From the NCBI GenBank assembly GCA_964644695.1, contig CAZXWN010000002.1, forward strand, positions 1-64,000: a stretch of DNA of 64,000 nucleotides, in the 5' to 3' direction. The notes under the pieces were generated by a model. The model did not search any database and was not told the DNA's origin. It saw only the letters and a program-made list of their open reading frames with translations. The position numbers were made by a program, and so were the translations under genes. Source of the DNA: an uncultured bacterium. Its GTDB lineage: Bacteria > UBP4 > UBA4092. Positions 17,715-27,104 of this stretch are shown here, in pieces (the stretch's first letter is position 1; each line of letters opens with the position of its first letter).

Positions 17715-20700
17715 ATGGATAAAAACAACAATAAATCTACAAAAAGTTTTCGGGCATTGGTCTTTACCCAGTTCCAGGGTGCCCTGAATGATAATGCATA
17801 CAAAACTCTTTTATTGGTGATGGCTGTTAGTTTAGTCAGCTCCATGGAAGAAAGTAAAAACTGGTCTTCCATCACAATGCTGATTTTCACTCTGCCTTTC
17901 CTCCTGTTCTCAATGTTGGGCGGAAGCCTTGCTGATCGGTTCAGCAAACGAAATGTTATCGTTTATACGAAGATATGGGAAATAGGGGCTATGGCCGCTG
18001 CATTTTTGGCCTTGGCAACAGGTAATATGTGGTTTTGTATATGTGTTCTATTTTTTACCGGTGCCCAAGCGGCAGTCTTTGGACCTTCCAAATATGGGAT
18101 TATCCCGGAATTGGTACCCGAAAAACGATTGTCCTGGGCCAACGGTATTATTGAATTAACAACGTTTGCCGCCATTATATTGGGTTCTGTGATAGGGACT
18201 CTTTTTCTGGGATTTTTTAAAGGGAATCTGCAATATGCCGCATTGGTATTTATTGTCCTTTCGGTTGCCGGAACAATCACTGCCTGCATGATTGAGAAAA
18301 CACCGGCTGCGAATCCTACCCAAAAAATCAAAATCAATTTTGTAGAAGATCTTGTCCTGAATGTCATCAAAGCCCGGAAAGATACTATCTTATGGATGGC
18401 GATTCTTGGGAACACTTTTTTCTGGTTCCTGGGAGCATTCCTTTTTACCAATATCCCCATTTTCAGTAAATACATTCTTCATTTACACAACACCCAAATC
18501 ACTCTCCTGGATATGGTTTTACCCCTGTCCCTGGATACTCAAATGTCGCTCATTATGGTTTCTTTGGCCATTGGTATTGGGTTGGGTAGTTTTATGGCAG
18601 GTCGATTATCCGGTAACAAGATTGAATATGGTCTTATTCCATTAGGGTCACTGATTATTTCAGCGTTTTCTTTGTACCTGTATTTTGCTGTTCCAACCTT
18701 TGGTAAGACATTATTCTCCCTGGCCATGCTGGGGTTTGGGGCTGGATTCTATGTTGTTCCCATGAATGCCTTAATCCAACATCGGCCTTCACCGGAGGAG
18801 AAGGGGACTGTTCAGGGTGTGGCTTATTTCCTGTCCAATATCGGGACTTTGTGTGGTCCTGGCCTTTTCTGGATTCTGACGGTGAAGATGGGTATGACAC
18901 CCGTAGATGTGTTTTTAGTTGGAGCGATAATCAACATTGCTGCATCCGCTTATTACATCTATCGGCTCCCAGATTCTTTGATTCGGTTTATATTGTGGGC
19001 CTTGACGCGGACCTTCTACCGAGTGAAGGTGATTGGTCGGGATAATATCCCGGAACGGGGCGGAGCCCTTTTTATAACCAACCACATGTCATTAACCGAC
19101 GCCCTGTTTTTGATTGCATCTACTGACCGATTTATCCGGTTTATTATGTACACTGGATATTATCGAATCCCGTGGTTTAATCCCTTTGCCCGTATTATGA
19201 AAGCCATTCCCATGTCTGCTGATGATGGTCCACGAGAATTGATACAGTCCTTCCGTGAAGCCAGCAATGCCATCCAAAATGGGGATGTTGTTTGTATCTT
19301 TGCAGAGGGTCAGATCACTCGTATTGGACAGATGCTGCCTTTCCGTCGTGGCTTTGAACGAATCATGAAGGGTGTGGATGCGCCCATTATTCCTGTTCAT
19401 CTGGATCGAATCTGGGGTGCAATTTTTTCATTTAAAAATGGGAAACTGGTATGGATGCCAAATCATAAAATTCCACAGCCGGTGACAGTTACTTTTGGTG
19501 AACCCCTTCCCGGGAATACGGATGTTACCGTGGTTCGGCGAAAAGTGCATGAATTGTCCACGCTGGCTTTTGACCACCGAATCAAAGACATGAAACCATT
19601 ACATCACGCCTTATTTGATGAAGCTCGACGGCATCCCCGGCGTTTTGCCATGGCGGATGGTATGAATCCCAAAGTAAACTATCGGGAAGTCCTGATTCGA
19701 TCCGTAATTTTGGGTAAACTGATGAAACCCTATTGGAAAGACCAGGAAAAAGTGGGTTTATTCATGCCGCCTTCTGTTGCTGGTGCCTGTCTGAATTATG
19801 CCGCCTTATTATGTGGAAAAGTTCCTGTCAATTTGAACTACACTTTGTCTCAGGAAAGTCTGGATGCCAGCATCCAGCAATGTGGTATTACGACAGTCGT
19901 AACCGCCCACGCCTTCATGGAGAAAATTAAACTGACTCTTCCTGTGAAGGTGCTTTATCTGGATGACATGGCTCCTAATATCTCGAAACTGGACAAATTA
20001 ATCGGTTTATTATCTGCACTTCTTTTACCTATCAGAACCATTGAACAATCTCTGGGTTGTGTCCGGAGCTGGAATATGAATGATATCTGTACGGTCATTT
20101 TTTCCAGTGGAAGTACAGGTGAACCCAAAGGTGTCCTTCTGACGCATTCTAATATCTTCTGTAATGTGGATGGAATAGCTCAGGTAATGACCGTAGAGAA
20201 AACTGATCGCATATTGGGTGTGCTCCCCTTCTTCCACTCGTTTGGTTTCACAGGCACCCTCTGGTTCCCTTTAATCAAGGGCTTTGGTGTGGTGTATCAT
20301 CCAAATCCGTTGGATACCAAAACCATAGGGACTCTTTCTGAGGAATATCAAATCAGTTTATTAGTTGCCACACCGACCTTTCTGCAGACCTACACCAAGA
20401 GGATTGCGCCGGGTCAATTTGGGTCATTAAGATTTGTAATGGCTGGCGCTGAGAAGCTTCCCCAGCGCATTGCCGAGGCCTTTGATGAACGATTTGGAAT
20501 CAGGCCCTATGAAGCTTATGGATGCACCGAATGTTCTCCGGGTATCAGTGTAAATACGATGAGTTACCGTGCGAAGGGCTTTTACCAGGTAGGGAGAAAA
20601 CAAGGCAGTATTGGACATCCGTTACCGGGTGTCAGTGTTCGGATCCTTGATTTGGAGACGGGTGAACCTGTTTCCATTGGGCAGTCTGGATTGTTATGGG

Positions 20701-21167
20701 TTAAGGGGCCCAATGTTATGCAAGGTTATCTGGGACAACCGGAATTAACAGCTCAGGTATTGAAGGATGGTTGGTATAACACTGGGGATATTGCCAGCAT
20801 GGATAACGACGGTTTTATGACTATTACAGACCGTTTATCCCGATTCTCTAAAATTGGTGGGGAGATGGTTCCTCACATCAAAATCGAAGAAACTCTCCAT
20901 CAGATTGCTGATTTAACTGAACAAACCTTTGTGGTTACCGCAGTCCCTGATAAAAACAAAGGGGAAAGACTGGTCGTTATTCATAAAATGGACCCAGAGC
21001 AACTCAAAGGTGTGATTGAAAAGCTTTCAACCTCTGGACTCCCCAATCTGTGGATTCCTAAGCAGGATTCTTTTTACCAGGTTGAGACTATTCCAGTGTT
21101 GGGAACAGGGAAAATTGACCTTAAGGGAGTGCGTGATTTGGCCCTAAAATTAGCCAATTCAAATTAA
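17715..21167 (+). CDS. aas: Fused LplT-like MFS / acyltransferase / acyl-ACP synthetase
   Basis: N-terminal MFS (GSLADRFSKR), PlsC motifs NHMS..D and FAEGQITR, AMP-binding motifs FSSGSTGEPKG, YGCTE and TGD. Confidence 0.93.
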   Translation: MDKNNNKSTKSFRALVFTQFQGALNDNAYKTLLLVMAVSLVSSMEESKNWSSITMLIFTLPFLLFSMLGGSLADRFSKRNVIVYTKIWEIGAMAAAFLALATGNMWFCICVLFFTGAQAAVFGPSKYGIIPELVPEKRLSWANGIIELTTFAAIILGSVIGTLFLGFFKGNLQYAALVFIVLSVAGTITACMIEKTPAANPTQKIKINFVEDLVLNVIKARKDTILWMAILGNTFFWFLGAFLFTNIPIFSKYILHLHNTQITLLDMVLPLSLDTQMSLIMVSLAIGIGLGSFMAGRLSGNKIEYGLIPLGSLIISAFSLYLYFAVPTFGKTLFSLAMLGFGAGFYVVPMNALIQHRPSPEEKGTVQGVAYFLSNIGTLCGPGLFWILTVKMGMTPVDVFLVGAIINIAASAYYIYRLPDSLIRFILWALTRTFYRVKVIGRDNIPERGGALFITNHMSLTDALFLIASTDRFIRFIMYTGYYRIPWFNPFARIMKAIPMSADDGPRELIQSFREASNAIQNGDVVCIFAEGQITRIGQMLPFRRGFERIMKGVDAPIIPVHLDRIWGAIFSFKNGKLVWMPNHKIPQPVTVTFGEPLPGNTDVTVVRRKVHELSTLAFDHRIKDMKPLHHALFDEARRHPRRFAMADGMNPKVNYREVLIRSVILGKLMKPYWKDQEKVGLFMPPSVAGACLNYAALLCGKVPVNLNYTLSQESLDASIQQCGITTVVTAHAFMEKIKLTLPVKVLYLDDMAPNISKLDKLIGLLSALLLPIRTIEQSLGCVRSWNMNDICTVIFSSGSTGEPKGVLLTHSNIFCNVDGIAQVMTVEKTDRILGVLPFFHSFGFTGTLWFPLIKGFGVVYHPNPLDTKTIGTLSEEYQISLLVATPTFLQTYTKRIAPGQFGSLRFVMAGAEKLPQRIAEAFDERFGIRPYEAYGCTECSPGISVNTMSYRAKGFYQVGRKQGSIGHPLPGVSVRILDLETGEPVSIGQSGLLWVKGPNVMQGYLGQPELTAQVLKDGWYNTGDIASMDNDGFMTITDRLSRFSKIGGEMVPHIKIEETLHQIADLTEQTFVVTAVPDKNKGERLVVIHKMDPEQLKGVIEKLSTSGLPNLWIPKQDSFYQVETIPVLGTGKIDLKGVRDLALKLANSN

Positions 21168-21239
21168 TTCATTAAGAAAGTATTGACGGAACCCTCTGTT
21201 TTAGGCGACAATTTTAATTCGAACATCATTCCATTTCGT

Positions 21240-21328
21240 GCCGGAGTGGCGGAACTGGCAGACGCAAGGGACTTAAAATCCCTCGTTGTGTAAACAACGT
21301 ATCGGTTCGACCCCGATCTCCGGCACCA
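21240..21328 (+). tRNA. tRNA-Leu (anticodon TAA)
   Basis: Acceptor stem GCCGGAG/CTCCGGC plus ACCA; anticodon stem AGGGA-CTTAAAA-TCCCT; long variable arm; T-arm ATCGG-TTCGACC-CCGAT. Confidence 0.97.
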
Positions 21329-21425
21329 CCTTTTAGCTTCTGAAATCACACAAAATCCTGCCGTGTACTTTTTTATATCTCTCATATGACTCAAGTTATC
21401 TGTTTTATGTATAATCATAAGCACG

Positions 21426-23489
21426 ATGAATTGGGAAAAATATAAAAGTCATCTGGGTGTTATATTCATCTTTTTCGTATTGAGCATCATCATGTTATGG
21501 CCATTGCCAGTTCAAATGTTGAACTGGCTGCCTGATACCGGTGATCCTGTTTTGAACACATGGATATTGTCCTGGGACACTCACGCGTTATTAACAAATC
21601 CCCTTCAGCTGTTTAATGCAAACACTTTTTATCCCCTGCAGAATTCTCTGGCATTATCCGAACACATGCTTCCGCATGTACTTATTTTCGCCCCTGTGTA
21701 CTTGATAACCAATAACCCTATCTTGGCATCAAACATCCTTTATTTTTGTGCTTTCTTCCTTACGGGTCTTAGTATGTTTTGGTTAGTGAAAGAATTGACA
21801 GGAGATTACTGGGCGGCGCTGTTTGCCGGGATTGCGTTTACTTTTTGTCCATCCCGGATGGCGCAGCTGGGACATGTCCAGCTTCTCACTTTCTTTTATA
21901 TGCCCTTGGTATTTCTTTTCTTCGAGCGATTCAGGAAATCTCTATCTTGGAAACACGGAATACTTTTTGCTATTTTCCTACTGCTTCAGACACTATGTTC
22001 CTACTACCTGGGTTATTTTACAGTGATTGGGATTTTTCTGTATGGAAGCTGGTATTTGGTAAAAGACAAGCTCTACCAAAAATCCTCTTTCATTTTTAAA
22101 TCTCTTGTATTGGGGATGTTTTATTTTGCTGGAGTGATGAGTCTGACCTGGCCCTATTTGATTGTGAAGAAGCAATGGAACCTGACCCGTACACTGAGTG
22201 ATTTATTCCAGGGATCCGTGGATTTATGTACCAGTTACTTTGTGACGCCCTATTCAAATTTACTATATGGCTCTTTTTCCGAAGCGGTTAATCAAGACCG
22301 ATATTTTTGGGAATTACCCAATTTCCCGGGAATCGTTGTCATATTATTGACATTGACTGGGTTATTCTTGTTTCTGAAATACCGCGATAAATATCGGTTT
22401 AATCGCGGTCCATTTGTTTTGATTGGAGTGGTTGCCTTTATCTTATCCCTGGGTCCATTTCTGATATTCAACAAACATGTTACGTTCTTCCAACTTCCTT
22501 ATTTCTGGTTCTATGATATAGTCCCGGGATTTTCTTCGTTACGGGTTCCTGCCAGACTGGGTGTTATGGTGATGTTTGTTCTTACGATCATCTCTGCGTA
22601 TACAATAGCTGAACTTCATCAATTCAATCTCCCTAAAACCCTGCAAAAATACAGCCTGATTCCATTAGCCCTCATCTTTTTAATGCTGTGTGAGAATATT
22701 AATATTCCTATTCATACAGAACCGATATCCTTTAATAATTCTCCTTCAAGACGGGATATGCTCCGTCTTAAAGACGACACTTCTGCTAAGGCAATCCTTC
22801 ATTTCCCTATCTATAACAATCTTCTTGAAAATAAACTCGGGCATAGGATTTATGAGTATATGTTACTGTCCACCATTCATTGGAAACCGATTGTCAATGG
22901 ATTCAGCGGATATTATCCTCAGATCACGCGGGAAATGGTTTCTGTTGGACATGAGTTCTATAAACCAGCCAATACATGGGCTCTGGCGGCGATGGGTGTT
23001 AACCGTGTTGTTGTTCATAAAAAGTATTCCAGTTCGAAAGACCTCTTAAATGTGAAGAAGGCCGAAGAATCTACGGGCAATATCCAGAAACTATGGGAAA
23101 CAGATCAATTGATATGTTATTCCATTCATACCGGGGGGACTCGGGCGACCCAGACGCAGTGGGTTATTCTTCCAAGAGATAATGATTCTTTGAACTATAC
23201 GGTATATGACAATATCCCGCTTAATTTCTTTATTACTTCGGTGAATGGAGATTATTGGATTCGAGATAATTTTCCTCCCAATCAAAGTCTAAATTACGAA
23301 TGGTTTAATGGGAGAGAAAAAATCTCTGGAACAATGGTGTTTGTTTATCCGAGTTTAATTTTTGGAACTGGGTGGAGACGACAACTGATTGAGGTCCCGG
23401 CACCTGATAAACCAGGTTCCTGGCTGCTTACTGTTCAGATTCGGGGTACCCGTTACTCCATGGAACAGATGGTGACTATTACTGAATAA
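21426..23489 (+). CDS. Polytopic membrane protein, putative GT-C glycosyltransferase (YfhO-like)
   Basis: GDP..N.W.L.W after TM1, many TM helices, RVPAR, and a periplasmic C-terminus with VNGFSGY.P. Confidence 0.6.
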   Translation: MNWEKYKSHLGVIFIFFVLSIIMLWPLPVQMLNWLPDTGDPVLNTWILSWDTHALLTNPLQLFNANTFYPLQNSLALSEHMLPHVLIFAPVYLITNNPILASNILYFCAFFLTGLSMFWLVKELTGDYWAALFAGIAFTFCPSRMAQLGHVQLLTFFYMPLVFLFFERFRKSLSWKHGILFAIFLLLQTLCSYYLGYFTVIGIFLYGSWYLVKDKLYQKSSFIFKSLVLGMFYFAGVMSLTWPYLIVKKQWNLTRTLSDLFQGSVDLCTSYFVTPYSNLLYGSFSEAVNQDRYFWELPNFPGIVVILLTLTGLFLFLKYRDKYRFNRGPFVLIGVVAFILSLGPFLIFNKHVTFFQLPYFWFYDIVPGFSSLRVPARLGVMVMFVLTIISAYTIAELHQFNLPKTLQKYSLIPLALIFLMLCENINIPIHTEPISFNNSPSRRDMLRLKDDTSAKAILHFPIYNNLLENKLGHRIYEYMLLSTIHWKPIVNGFSGYYPQITREMVSVGHEFYKPANTWALAAMGVNRVVVHKKYSSSKDLLNVKKAEESTGNIQKLWETDQLICYSIHTGGTRATQTQWVILPRDNDSLNYTVYDNIPLNFFITSVNGDYWIRDNFPPNQSLNYEWFNGREKISGTMVFVYPSLIFGTGWRRQLIEVPAPDKPGSWLLTVQIRGTRYSMEQMVTITE

Positions 23490-23514
23490 AAAGATTTTGA
23501 TTGAGAGGTTATTG

Positions 23515-24375
23515 ATGATGCGGAAGATGTTACTGTTACTCCTATTAGCCCTTTGGAGTATCTCCAATTGTCTGGCATTGAACTATCCGGCGATGGTGTA
23601 TTCAACTCCATCTTCACTGGTTCCGGGGTTGAGCTATCAGCATGCCCAACATCCTGGGACTCAGAAGTGGGAAATTGATATTCTTAAGGTCAATCTGATA
23701 AAGGCTAAAGTTGAACTTCGTCCTGTTCTTCCCAAGACAGGTAAAAAATCTCCTGTGACGGATATTTCTTCTGAGCAGGGAGCCATTGCTGCTATAAATG
23801 GAAGTTATTTCGATGGGGCAGGGAACCTGTTATCTCTCACTAAAATTGATGGGGAAACTATATCCCGACCGGTAGGGACACGCCCGGCTCGCTCCTGTCT
23901 GGGTATTTTGAGTGACCGAACTTTGACAATCCAGCCAATCGCCCCAGACCTTATCAGTGAATCAGGATATGACTGGAGTCAGACCCTTCATGGTATCGGC
24001 GGCGGTCCGCAACTATTAAAATCCGGAGTTGTATCAATTACTACTACAGAGGAAGGATTTGATGACCGTTCGGGAATTGGTCCTGTCATACGGAATCCAC
24101 GGACTGCCCTCGGATTTAACAATAAGGGTGAAGTTTTCATGGTTACTGTGGATGGCCGACAGCCGGACTGGAGCGTCGGTATGACATTAACGGAAATGGC
24201 GTTTTTGCTGCAGGATTTGGGAGCCACCGAAGCTATCAATTTTGACGGGGGAGGTTCCACAACAATGGTCATTGGAAATAAACTCATCAACCGGCCATCA
24301 AATATGGGGAATTTACAACGCCCGGTTGCCAATGTCCTGGCCATCCTTCCTTTAGCTCAGGCTGTTACGAAGTAG
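23515..24375 (+). CDS. Secreted phosphodiester glycosidase (NAGPA family)
   Basis: Signal peptide, AAINGSYF, GGGP, PRTALG, VDGRQ and NFDGGGST. Start set at ATG after GAGAGG. Confidence 0.88.
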   Translation: MMRKMLLLLLLALWSISNCLALNYPAMVYSTPSSLVPGLSYQHAQHPGTQKWEIDILKVNLIKAKVELRPVLPKTGKKSPVTDISSEQGAIAAINGSYFDGAGNLLSLTKIDGETISRPVGTRPARSCLGILSDRTLTIQPIAPDLISESGYDWSQTLHGIGGGPQLLKSGVVSITTTEEGFDDRSGIGPVIRNPRTALGFNNKGEVFMVTVDGRQPDWSVGMTLTEMAFLLQDLGATEAINFDGGGSTTMVIGNKLINRPSNMGNLQRPVANVLAILPLAQAVTK

Positions 24376-24387
24376 GAGGAATTTGGA

Positions 24388-25350
24388 ATGAAACCACTTG
24401 TTTATGTGACTCAGCCGATCCCGCAACCGGGTCTGGATTTGTTAAAACAGTCTTTTGATGTGAAAGTAGGCAAATCCGGTGTGGTTCTGGAAAAGAAACA
24501 ACTCATTGCCAAAGTTAAATCTTGTGATGCCCTTTTATCCATGTTGGTGGATCGGATTGATGACGAGGTTATGAGTGCTTCACCGCAGTTGAAAATCGTT
24601 GCAAATTATGCGGTTGGTTATGACAACATCGATATCGCAGCGGCTGGGAAAAGAAATATCATTGTGACCAATACTCCCGGAGTTCTGGCTGCCACGACTG
24701 CGGATTTAGCCTGGGCCTTATTGATGGCGGCTGGCAGACGAATTGCAGAATCTGACCGATATACCCGAAAAGGTTTATGGACTCAGTGGAAATCCGATTT
24801 ACTACTGGGTCAGGATATTCATCATGCTACTTTAGGGATCATTGGGATGGGGAGTATTGGAACAGAAATGGCGCAGCGGGCCCGTGGTTTTTCCATGAGG
24901 ATCCTGTATCATAACCGGACTCGAAATAAGAAGGCTGAAAAGGAATTGAAGGCCGAGTATGTAGATTTGATGACTTTATTAAAAGAGTCAGATTTTATTA
25001 CACTCCATTGTCCCTTAACCCCACAGACAACAAATTTGATTAGTACCCGTGAGTTCGAAATGATGAAGTCTAATTGTATCCTGATCAATACTTCCCGTGG
25101 TCCGGTGGTGGATCAGAAAGCCCTTTATAAAGCCCTGAAGAAAAAACAAATTGCCGGGGCGGGGATGGATGTTTATCAAAAAGAACCTATTGAGATGACT
25201 GAACCGCTGCTTAAACTGGATAATGTGGTATTCACTCCCCATATTGGGTCGGCATCAATTCAGACACGGACAAAGATGGCACTGATGGCAGCTCAGAATA
25301 TTGTTGCTGTTCTTCAGGGAAAGAGCCCCATAAATCCGGTTAATCTCTGA
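24388..25350 (+). CDS. D-2-hydroxyacid dehydrogenase (glyoxylate reductase/D-glycerate dehydrogenase)
   Basis: AVGYDNID, NTPGVL, GIIGMGSIG, INTSRG, PHIGSA. Confidence 0.92.
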   Translation: MKPLVYVTQPIPQPGLDLLKQSFDVKVGKSGVVLEKKQLIAKVKSCDALLSMLVDRIDDEVMSASPQLKIVANYAVGYDNIDIAAAGKRNIIVTNTPGVLAATTADLAWALLMAAGRRIAESDRYTRKGLWTQWKSDLLLGQDIHHATLGIIGMGSIGTEMAQRARGFSMRILYHNRTRNKKAEKELKAEYVDLMTLLKESDFITLHCPLTPQTTNLISTREFEMMKSNCILINTSRGPVVDQKALYKALKKKQIAGAGMDVYQKEPIEMTEPLLKLDNVVFTPHIGSASIQTRTKMALMAAQNIVAVLQGKSPINPVNL

Positions 25351-27052
25351 GATAGTAAACCCTATACTTGGAATTCTCATAGACGATGGGGAATTTGAGA
25401 ATAGAGAATCTTCGGGTGACTAGGTAGGATGCTCCATATTGCCGGGAGATATCGATAAAGACGGGTTCTTTGAGAGAGTCAAACTGGTTGGCGTAATGAT
25501 GTGTTTCCTGTGCCAGTGAAAGCCGTAAGTCACTCATTCGTTTTTCCCATTCTCTGGCATATCTCTCGCTATAGACTGACATGGCTCCGTCTTTGTTTTC
25601 CACAAAGGTGGATCTTTGGGATTCCTTTCGGAAACCAGTCATATCTGGTGGTGTGATGACCATGGTTCCCGGAGAGGTGTTGTACCTAAACCATCTCTGT
25701 AATGCAATCCAATCATCTCCCCCCTTGATGCCATAGATATCGATGTGTTCAGCCATTTTTCGAGGGATCTCATGCCATCTACCCTGGACCTTTTTGTACC
25801 CCAGAATGGATAATAATCCCAACATGACGAGAACCAATCCCAATCCGAGACGCTTGATTTTATTGTGGGTCTGACTGGATAAATTATTTTGTTTATGTCC
25901 CCGTAATCCTAAAGTTAATGGGAGACCACTGAAGATAATACCCCAACGATATAAGGGTACCCAGTAAAACAAATAAGTCCAGAGAAACCATCTCTGTGAG
26001 GATTCTGTTTCGAGAGTTCTTACAGCCAACCAGGCAATAAAAACGAAAATGAAATAAACCAGGAATAACCAGCTTCTAACTAACTGAAAGGAAATGGCTG
26101 GAGGAAAATTGAACTGACTTAATAAGCTGAAAGCCAGAGCCAATACCAGACTGGTTACTGTGAGCTGATAAAGGGGCTTAGAAAATAACTGTTTCCTGGA
26201 GTAATAAACCATTCCAACAAATGCTACTCCGATGGATATCAGATACAGCCAGCTGTTCAAATCCCATGACATCGGGAATAGGTAGGCGGCTCTCAGGTGA
26301 ACGATACGGAACCAGCCTGGTCCGGGAAATAAGGGGAGCCCATTACCATGATTTTGGCTGGAAACAATCATTCTCCAAATTAAGACGGGTGACATACACA
26401 GGACACTGACTACACCACAGGATAACCATTTCTTCCATTGGGAAAAACCAATCTCCCACACCAGAGCCAACGACATAATCATCAATAAAGAACCCGCAGA
26501 GAGAAGATGGAAATTACCGGCTATGCCTGCCCAGAAAAATGCGGCAAGATACCGCTTTTTCATAAAGTCGCGTAAACTCCAGAACAACATGGGAAGGGCA
26601 ATACTTCGGACACTGAAAACATCTTCCAAAGTCCCGACGGGAGCACCTGCCACCATCTTTTTGAAAGCGAGCAGGCCCAGCGCCATCCATGCCACTTTCC
26701 GGTCAAACACACATTCCACAAACTTAAAAAAAGTGAAACATATCAGATATTGACATATCAGATGAATAATCAGACAGGCCCAGGGAACGGAGATAAACTT
26801 TTTCAACAGGAGGACGGGAAATAATCCAAAGGAGTAGTAATGGCCTCCTGCCTGTTTGGCCAACAGGATCAAGTCCGCAGGATGATAGACATGCCGACCT
26901 TCATAAACCGGGAGATAAGACAGATATAACGAAAGGTCGGATGAACTGTATTGGTACCCATTCACCAGAAATGAAATAAAAGTCACAATGCCTATCAAAA
27001 GATAGAAATGCCAACCTTCCTGTCTGGATAAATGGTTTAGTAATTTATTCAT
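25340..27052 (-). CDS. Polytopic membrane protein, putative GT-C-like
   Basis: Many TM helices, NFH motif, and a periplasmic tail (PPDMTGFR..SQRS.FV..KD...EW..R). ATG 27052 preferred to TTG 27058. Confidence 0.5.
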   Translation of the reverse strand: MNKLLNHLSRQEGWHFYLLIGIVTFISFLVNGYQYSSSDLSLYLSYLPVYEGRHVYHPADLILLAKQAGGHYYSFGLFPVLLLKKFISVPWACLIIHLICQYLICFTFFKFVECVFDRKVAWMALGLLAFKKMVAGAPVGTLEDVFSVRSIALPMLFWSLRDFMKKRYLAAFFWAGIAGNFHLLSAGSLLMIMSLALVWEIGFSQWKKWLSCGVVSVLCMSPVLIWRMIVSSQNHGNGLPLFPGPGWFRIVHLRAAYLFPMSWDLNSWLYLISIGVAFVGMVYYSRKQLFSKPLYQLTVTSLVLALAFSLLSQFNFPPAISFQLVRSWLFLVYFIFVFIAWLAVRTLETESSQRWFLWTYLFYWVPLYRWGIIFSGLPLTLGLRGHKQNNLSSQTHNKIKRLGLGLVLVMLGLLSILGYKKVQGRWHEIPRKMAEHIDIYGIKGGDDWIALQRWFRYNTSPGTMVITPPDMTGFRKESQRSTFVENKDGAMSVYSERYAREWEKRMSDLRLSLAQETHHYANQFDSLKEPVFIDISRQYGASYLVTRRFSILKFPIVYENSKYRVYYLRD

Positions 27053-27104
27053 ACCCAAAATGATACATTAAAACCCACTATTTCAAATGTTATAATTTAT
27101 ATAA

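Noticed and set aside
17715-21167. Three-domain MFS-acyltransferase-synthetase fusion as a novelty
   Set aside because: This is a known architecture for LplT-Aas fusions in many bacteria.
21240-21420. Island integrated at tRNA-Leu
   Set aside because: No integrase follows, I noticed no duplicate of the tRNA 3' end, and the downstream genes look native.
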